Source: Macrostomum lignano (Eukaryota). Taken from it: a DNA stretch of 64,000 bases. This document shows, piece after piece, positions 55,649 to 64,000 of the stretch. The position numbers were made by a program, and so were the translations under genes. Positions within the stretch are counted from its first letter, which is position 1; each line of letters begins with the position of its first letter. The notes below the pieces were generated by a model that was not told the DNA's origin, did not search any database, and worked only from the letters and a program-made list of their open reading frames with translations. The stretch lies in the NCBI GenBank assembly GCA_002269645.1, contig NIVC01001425.1:52666-116665 (forward strand), written 5' to 3'.

Positions 55649-58429
55649 TCTATCCGTCCTGCTACTTGAGCAATCTAACAGCAAGTTCTCGGTAATCTCC
55701 TGTATTTTTAATTTGCAAGTCTGGCTGAGTCAATCAAGATTAGGCTGGCGAGAATGGGAGACGCCGAATCGGCCTAGCGGAAGGGTACCGATTCGAATTA
55801 ATTAATTATCTGCTGTGCCTGCTGGAGTGTTCTTGGCTGACTACAGGGAGAACCTAGCTTGGGGAACTACCAGATCGGGAGCCTGTCGACCCCCAGAGGA
55901 ATCGGACGAATTCGAACAAAACAGTGAAGTATATTGGGAAGAAGACAAGTAAAAGTTGTCTGAGATTTTGAAGACTGATCGCTAGACCGCATCGGCGGAA
56001 ATAGGCCAGGGTTGGAACTTTTGTCCAGTTCAGGCCTGGGGTGTCGGCGACTCCCCAGCCTTCTCACCGTGCCTCTGAAGCTTCTCATTCGCCACTATTC
56101 CGTTCGGCCGCACCTCGACTAGTTCACGCTACTTGCAGCCAATCCCCTTTCTGAACGGGCCGCGCACTGCGAAACTTTAGGGGTAGATAAAAAAATCGAT
56201 CCCAAGGGATCATTCAACGCTGCGAGATCGGGATGGGTTCCGCCTCAGCTCGTTGCTTCGGGCACAATGCCAGTAGCCTGCCAGGAGCCGAAATCTTCTC
56301 TTCGGAAAGCTGAGTCCCGAGTTATACTCTTCCTTATCTGTCGATGGTGTTAAAAGCGACGTAGATTGACCCTCCGTTCCACTTTGCTGGCCTGTCATGG
56401 GAGAAATCCATTATGGTGGCCGCACTAATCCCGTGGATAACACAAAGCCCCCGCCGCCCAGAGCCTTGAGGGATGGTGGTTGCTGGACGGAGAGCTACTA
56501 ACTGGAAGGGATGGATGCGGTAGGCTGATCGAAATGCTGCTGATGGTGCTCGGGTTCGTAACCAAGGATACTAGTTTCGATATATGAATCACAAAGGATA
56601 TTTGCTGATCGGACAAACAGCTTTTAGCTACATCCTGCCAGGTTCCTCATGCTTTGTTGTTTTGATCTCTAAAGCCTTCCGATTTATGGAATTGAACCCG
56701 ATGAATTCGATCAACGGATTTTCCTGTAAAACAATAATTGATTGCTTGATAAATCTTTTCTGTTTTCGCCGTTTTACAAATCTTTCCGAGTGTGTGGCCT
56801 TCTATCTCTAAGCTTATACTCGTAAATGGTCCCTCGCTATCTCTATCGATATATTGATATTTTTCTGTGACTTGATTAGCTTTTGATGATGGTGAATCGT
56901 CTGTTTTCATAGATGTTCCTCATTTCATCGTCACGTGATAAGTTTATAGCAATTCAACATTCAGTTTTACATACGATCATAAAAATAAACTTGGCAATCG
57001 AGCAGACACAAATGCAAATTATTTTTGCAAATTATTTTGCGTGGCTTGGTGAAGCTCAAAAATCTGGGAAGTTCGTCTCGATACAATGCAAATGGAAGCG
57101 AGCATATTGGTATTGAGATACCCTTGATGTCTCTGACTCAATTTAAAAAAAATTGTTTTAGCAAGGTTTATTACATGAGGAACAAAATAGCATGCTAAAT
57201 TTAGCTCGTAGATACTGTGTCAACGAAATTTGAACATGCAGGGATCTACTGCATCGCTTTCCAAAAAGGTCAGTTAAATTCGGGTGTTTTCTTACCTAAA
57301 CACGTCGCATTCGCGTCATATTCCCTATGAAATTACCTCTACATGCATCATTAGCTCATTTGGAAATATAATCATGACATGGTACGAAGTCCCAAGCCCA
57401 GCCAGTCGAGTCACAACGTTGTCTAGTCTGTCGAACTTCTGGCGACGTTGAAACATTTTTCTCTTAAAGTTCGATCCCATGATCGAGGCCCACAATCTGG
57501 ATTGTACCAGCGACGAAAAATCAAAGATTACTTCAAGACAATCTGTCTGGAATGAATCTGCCATTGATCTGAAATGCTGCTTCAGTTTTGCACAAATCTC
57601 TTATAGTCCGTAGAAGGTGCACGTGTCAACTTTCCCAACATAGGATTTGCAGCCTTGTTGATGGACTGGACTATCCGGCAAAACTCGGGATTCTGTATTC
57701 CCTAGCGGCATCCTGTTTCTAAGGCAATTTTGCTGCACTATTTCCTTGCAGTTGTCTTGCGATGTCCATCCAACTGTCTAATCAATGACAAGAGTTTTCA
57801 ATCAGTTTCTGGTCATAATGGCTACGACGTTTGGCGAAAGATTTATACATTAGAAAATAATCAGAGCATTATCTATAAGTTTTTTTGTAGTAGCTTAAAT
57901 TCTACATGTAAAGGAAATCTTGGTTATTTATAGTTTTCTCCACACAACCAGAAAACCTGTTGCTCTCGCGTGAGCAAGCTGCATCTATGCGAAGAAAAAC
58001 TTGTTGAATTGCCAGAGTACCACATCAGCCACGCGGCTTTCTCTGACCCTGAAGAACAAAACTGAATAACGGTAGGCAGCTAACACTGTTAGCATTGAGT
58101 GAGAGATGGATTAGCCTTGGGCTCCATTGCATTATTTATTAGGAGTACGAAGCAACACGCGGTCTACTTGTTTCCTTTAGTTTACTTGTAAGAAACTCTG
58201 CTCTGTGAGGATCAAGTGTGGTCAACTTTTTTGAGGTTTAGCATCGAGAATGAACAACAAATTCCACATCAAATCTGACTTGCTTTGGATCGACGAGTTA
58301 ATTTACTTGAAGGAAGATAACTATAAACTTGAAACTCACCTGAAATATTGCACTACACCTATCCACTCTACAGGTGATTTCATACATTCCAAAAATCAAA
58401 TGCGATAAAAGGCTTCTCTCTCTCCAAGT

Positions 58430-58676
<247 letters not shown>

Positions 58677-59224
58677 TTGGCTTTATGTCCAACGGTTGCA
58701 AGTTGGATGTCTAATTCTTTTAACGATATTGAGATTCTGGAACCCCACACACCACGAGATTGATATATCCACCTGATTGCCTTAGCTATATAAGCCCGGC
58801 ACTGTCCTTTTGTATAATATAGGCTTGAGAAGTCTTGTTAAATAAAATAGTGATTAGATTGGGAAGGCGAAAGGACTGCTTTAAAACAGTTGGAGTGCAG
58901 CAGTTCTCAATTAAAGCTTGCCCTTACCTTCGGTTAGGCCATCAGTGGCAGCTATGCTGAGTACACAGCCAGCCTCAGTTTCACACGGACTGCACAGGTA
59001 AGAAAAGCAGAGCTTTAGGTCCGGCTCCTCCTTTACTTGAAGGGCTCTCTTGTGCGCCAGTATATGAAGGGCAATGGTAGCTCAAGTCAAGTGGTGCCAA
59101 GTTTCACTTGGAAGATATTATGGTTAATTTAGGTTTGTGTGTTGGTGTGTTTGTGTTGGTATGGAACCGAGGTGAAAGAAGAGAGATATTCACTGTGAAG
59201 TTTGACTTTTAAAAGTCTCCCCCA

Positions 59225-60051
59225 TCACGACGTCAACCGGAGAGGCGGCTCAGTGTGCTTGGCTACGCCGATGACCTCGCCCTGCTGTCTTTAACTGTCG
59301 AGGGCGCCCAGCGACAACTGGACAAGCTAGTTGCTGTTGCGGCGAGTGTCGGCCTGGTGGTCACCACGCAGAAGACCGTCCTGCTCTGTGTGCCGGATGA
59401 CATCGAGGCTGCGATTTTGTGCCGAGGCGCTGATGGATCAGGCGACAGAGCTTCCGCGTTGTCAGCAGTTCGTCTACCTCGGCGGTCTGGTTCCCGGCGT
59501 CCGCGAGGATCTGCGGCTTCGCCGCGATCTTGCCTGGACTGCCTTTTGTTCTGTGAGGGCAGTCCTGCAGTCCGAGGCCTGCCTTACCTGACCGCCAGAC
59601 GGCGGCGTTGTTCCAGGCGGTGATCGAAACCATCCTGCTGTACAACGCCGAGACATGGACGCTGTCGGAGTCGCTCGAGCAGCATGTTGACGCGGCGCAC
59701 GCTGGCCTGCTGCGCGCCGCCTTCAAGATCGGCTACGAGCGAGTGACCAACGCGGCTTTGTATCGCCGCGCCGGCCTGGTCCGTCAAAGCGACCTGTTGC
59801 GCCGTCGGCGACTCCAGCTGGCAGGCCACATCATCCGCGCCGAGTCCTACTGCCCAGAGCCGGTGCAGGAGGTGCTGCTGCTCACGCTGCAGGCACCCTA
59901 CCGGCGGGGGCAGGCGCGCACTCGGCGTTTCGTCGATTGCCTGCTAGCTGATGCCGGCGCCCCGGATTCGGCCGGCGGCGTGGCGTTCATTCGCGACCTG
60001 GCTTTGAAGCGCGCCCTGTGACGCTAATTGCGTATTCTGTTGTTGTTGTTG
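59225..60051 (+). mobile_element. 5'-truncated, frameshifted non-LTR retrotransposon (RTE-like) with a (GTT)n tail
   Basis: LGYADDLALL, FVYLG, LLYNAETWTL and RRRRLQLAGHI are split over three frames; ctgttgttgttgttg follows the stop at 60021. Confidence 0.88.
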
Positions 60052-61396
60052 TATGTACATGTATAGGTAGGTATGAGCACTGTATAGTAGCCGTATTTAG
60101 AATTCCTGCACTTATTAAGTTCGTCCAACATTTTTTATTAAGGACAACCTCAACTACTTAAGTTGACGATAATAACAATTATATCAAGTCGTTGTTGGTA
60201 CAAGTATGTGTGATATTTTTGTTATCTTCTTTCGATTATTCTACATTTTACGTATTCTGCAGTGTATAATACAATAATGTAGTAGCGCGGTTTATGATTT
60301 CAGTCTATTCACTATTATATTATTTCGCATTATTTCCCCACTTGGACTCGGTGAGTCCGAAAAATTAGGGATTTTATATATAGACTTTGTTCTATAAATC
60401 GAAAAGGTAAAATCTTATCAAGATTTATTTTAACTGATAGTGATGAGCATCAGGTGAATTCGATGTTTTTCGTGCCCGAAACTGTTAAAATGGAATCATT
60501 CACCAAACTACTAGTTCATACCCTCCAGAACAGTTTTGAGTAGCAGAGAGGATTAAAAAATAACCTTAGTGAAACTAACGGGGACAATAACTGACCGCAC
60601 CCCCTGGCCTCCGCACTCCTTGGGTCCTTACCATCCAAATCCGCCCCCTCGACAAATTTCTGGTTGCGCTACTGCGTGAATGGTTTAATTGTCTCAGTTG
60701 AGTTTACTCCAAAATAAGAGACTTCACTTCACAGTTGGTTTTTGGTAAGAAATTCTGGATTGCATCGCTACAGCTGTCGACAGTATCCCCGCCAATCGTT
60801 CCATAACAATGCAATCAGCGAAGGATTATATAAGATATTAAGCGATTGCAATATATACAAAATTTGTGGGTTTAGAGGTTTAAAAGCTTACGCATTGCTG
60901 ACTTGTACTCTGTACATCAGTAGTGTGTTTGATGGCTCAATTAATGGCGGAGTGAACGAGCCTTTTGGGCCGTATTTAAAATAGCTAGGGCCTAGCATTT
61001 CTTGGAAAACAGAGCGTTGATGTCAGTTGTCTTGTCAGTACGCACCCTTAAACTAAAGAAAGTAAGCTAAGAAGATAGATTAGCTGCTATGTATTTTGTG
61101 AGTTGTGACTGCTTTTTTACTTTGCTTTTCACTTCTAGTAATCTAGATACTAGGCCTATATAAAAAACAGACGGTTGTTTCATGTAATGATAACCTACTG
61201 CCTACGGCTACGCCTAGCCTAGGGGCTAGGGCCTAATACAGTGATGGGCCTGGGCCATCAGTAATATTGTCAAAACTCAAAAGTAATTATGATAATGTAA
61301 ACTAATGTAAAAGTATGCGCCAAAAATCTCGTATATTGATCTGCTTTTTTAGGGAATGGGGCGTCTATGACTATGGCTATTCCCGTTTACTTACAA

Positions 61397-61481
61397 ACCA
61401 AAGAGTATTGAGGTCGCCTAGTATAGTGCCAATAAGGATGAAAATCTGAAAGGATGAAAGGCGACCTCAATACTCTTTGGT
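61397..61481. repeat. Perfect 23-bp inverted repeat with a 39-bp spacer
   Basis: accaaagagtattgaggtcgcct (61397-61419) and aggcgacctcaatactctttggt (61459-61481). Confidence 0.95.
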
Positions 61482-64000
61482 ACAAACCGACTAGTTAAGT
61501 ATTGGTCTGGGTTTTCGAACCCATTATCTATATAATGGTACTGATTTGCAGGCACAAAGAAACCCAAGCAAATTCCCAAGCAAAAAATAAAAACAGTAGG
61601 CCTAACTGGAATAAGGAACAAACACAATATAAATTGTTTATTAAGCTATTCATAGCTGAACAGTTTGTTTGCTGCTTATTTAGCAGTTCATTTGAAAAAA
61701 AGTAGAACCTACTCAATCTCAACATTGATCTCCATATTCTCAATTCCACATTGATGTTTTACTTGTTTTATAGGTACTTCAACATTCTTTTGATTAGCAT
61801 TAGCAGCAACTTCACTTGTTAGTCCATGCAGTACCATGGCGACATTAGCATATTGAGATTGGCAGACAAGCACTGGAAGACAATGACGGTTGTTTCGTCT
61901 GCTGCCAGTTTGTCTGCTATTCTTTTATCTGCAAAAATATGATGCAGTTGTTTTGTCTGCCACAAAATATTAAGACAAAGTACAACATCAATACATATAA
62001 TAGGCCTATTGAAAATAAATATCTATATATCTTAAAAACGATTAATACTTTATTGAAAATAGCAAACTAATTATGGCTACGCTAGAAGCATTCAGAGTGT
62101 ACAATCTAAAAATATTTTCTCAAGGGACCCAACCAACCTGTAGTATACACATAATATTTGTTATATGAATTTTGGTGGCTGAATATTTTTTTATAATGAA
62201 AATGCATCATCATTGGATGGGGTCATAGCAATTCTCAAAATAGCCGGCTGATCATATTCAACAGAAAACTCTGTCTCTGCTTTCAATATTCATAACTACA
62301 GCTTCCATCCTTCATCCATCCATAAGTTCATTTTTTCAATGCATTTTTAAAATTGATAGGCCTATCATGTTTCTTTGAAATATTGCGATAAACAAAATTA
62401 GGCCTATGCTTAGAAAAACTGATATCCTACTTTAACTCTTTTTGCATGCTTTGCAATATTTAATTTTGAAAAATTAGTTTTTCTAGCTATATAAGTTATA
62501 CCTTATCTTTTCTTCTTAAAAAGTCATTTTGTCTGCTGGCAGACAAAAAGGTGGCAGACGAAATGTCTGTGCACCTGATTCACTAGTCTTGATGTTACTG
62601 CATTGCAAAGCATTAGAGGCTGATTGGATTGTCACTGGATGAGCCAATGAAGTCCTGCATGGACTTAGCCTATTTCAAGTACCATAGATATAGTTCTAAC
62701 AAGACTTAGATTTATAGACCTAAGCCCTAATCAAATATAAAAGCAAATATATTGACATATAATATTTAGGAAAGAAAGCTTTTTGTATTTTTTCAACAGA
62801 ATATTCAATTCACTATTTAAGTAGGAAATAGTGAATGTCAATTTTTTAATAAGCTATTGAGTTTTTTAAATTGATCATATAATCAATAGATATAGACAAA
62901 CCATTTTTAATAATATAGGGGGGCCTTGTGAAATTCTTGGCAATCTTCTAGTTTTGCATGTTTAATTATTTTTCTTTTTTAATTTCATTCCAAGTTATGC
63001 TAGTGACATATTAAAAGCACAAAAACATGTCTATGGATAAAAGTCTATCAAATATGATAATAATTGCCCTTTGGGTATTTAGTTTCTAGCTAAAAAGCTT
63101 ATAGCCTTATAGGCTAAAGACAGCGGCCTATTAGCTGCTAGAAATATATAACTTCAATTTTTACTTTTGAAAAAATAGCTAGAAGACCACTAGGCGTAAT
63201 ATATTTACCATTTGGTAATCTTTTTTAGGTTATAACACAAGCTTATTGCCACTATTATCAACTCTTAGCCACTCAATATATTTGTTTTAAAACATAACTT
63301 TAACTTGTTTTAAACCCCTATATATTCTAACTTTATTTATATTTATAGTATTTATTCAGGTTTAGCTATAGGCCTATAGTTGTATAGTTATTATAATGCT
63401 AATTGTAGTTTAAATATTTTCAAATTGTAAAATAATTAAGCCTTTAAATTCAACTTCAAAACTAGAATTAGTAGAAGATTACCATTTTTATACAAATTTA
63501 TGATTCTACAAATATATTTATGGTGAAAAAAACTTATTTAAAGTACCTATTCTTTTTTAACATAATTTATAACTAGGCCAATAATTTATATATCATTGCT
63601 ATTTTCTTTTGTTTTATATGTTGTTTCCTTAATGTTTAACATTGTATTAATTACAAAAGTATTTAAAAACGTTTTATTCAGTTGTAACAAAAAACATTTT
63701 TAAGTTAAAAAATTTTTATTTGTTTTACTTGTTTTCCTCTTATTCATTTTTTTGCCATAAATAAATGAGGACAATATCTAGGAATCTCATTATCACAATC
63801 AGGAAATTAACCTTTGCCATAGAAAATTTTGGTGTATATAATAAGTCTAAGATATATTTTGGTATATACCAAAGGCAAAGCCAAGGTTGGCCTAAGCTCA
63901 GCCTAGGCCTGCCTAGAGTAAGCCTAGCTTGGCAAGTTAGTAGCAGTTTTAGCTCAGGCCAAGGACATCAGGCCAAGGTCAGCTTACCATGGTAATGCCA

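Noticed and set aside
60590-60675. Possible MITE terminus (aaatttctggttgcgctactg)
   Set aside because: Only one end is recognisable and I found no convincing partner TIR.

Overview
Eukaryotic (animal) genomic DNA with GC-rich exons and minisatellite-filled introns and spacers. The style suggests a free-living flatworm such as Macrostomum lignano; this is inferred, not proven. By hand I assembled ten consecutive + strand genes: a TRMT10C-like gene (partial, two 1-bp frameshifts), NSRP1, USP48 (6 exons), a coiled-coil orphan, an ankyrin+SAM protein, two tandem PIPOX/sarcosine oxidase copies, a second coiled-coil orphan, an ankyrin-repeat TRPM-type channel and a Q-rich orphan. On the - strand follow an orphan gene, a Crypton-like fragment and an intronless Cys-loop receptor. 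The gene-poor right end holds a 5'-truncated RTE-type LINE and an AT-rich block. There are over 20 distinct tandem arrays and several tRNA-derived SINEs; no CRISPR array or rRNA gene. Best leads: (1) both PIPOX copies lack a usable start codon but have an in-frame splice acceptor where a flatworm spliced leader ending in AUG would supply Met1, inside an operon-like co-oriented cluster; (2) a TRPM-type channel with ankyrin repeats in place of the usual SLOG/MHR1-2 N-terminus; (3) a Crypton tyrosine-recombinase-like fragment; (4) intron arrays that differ completely between paralogs whose flanking exons are nearly identical. Exon models come from GT/GC-AG sites, phase arithmetic and recalled homology; no database search was run, and repeat boundaries are approximate.
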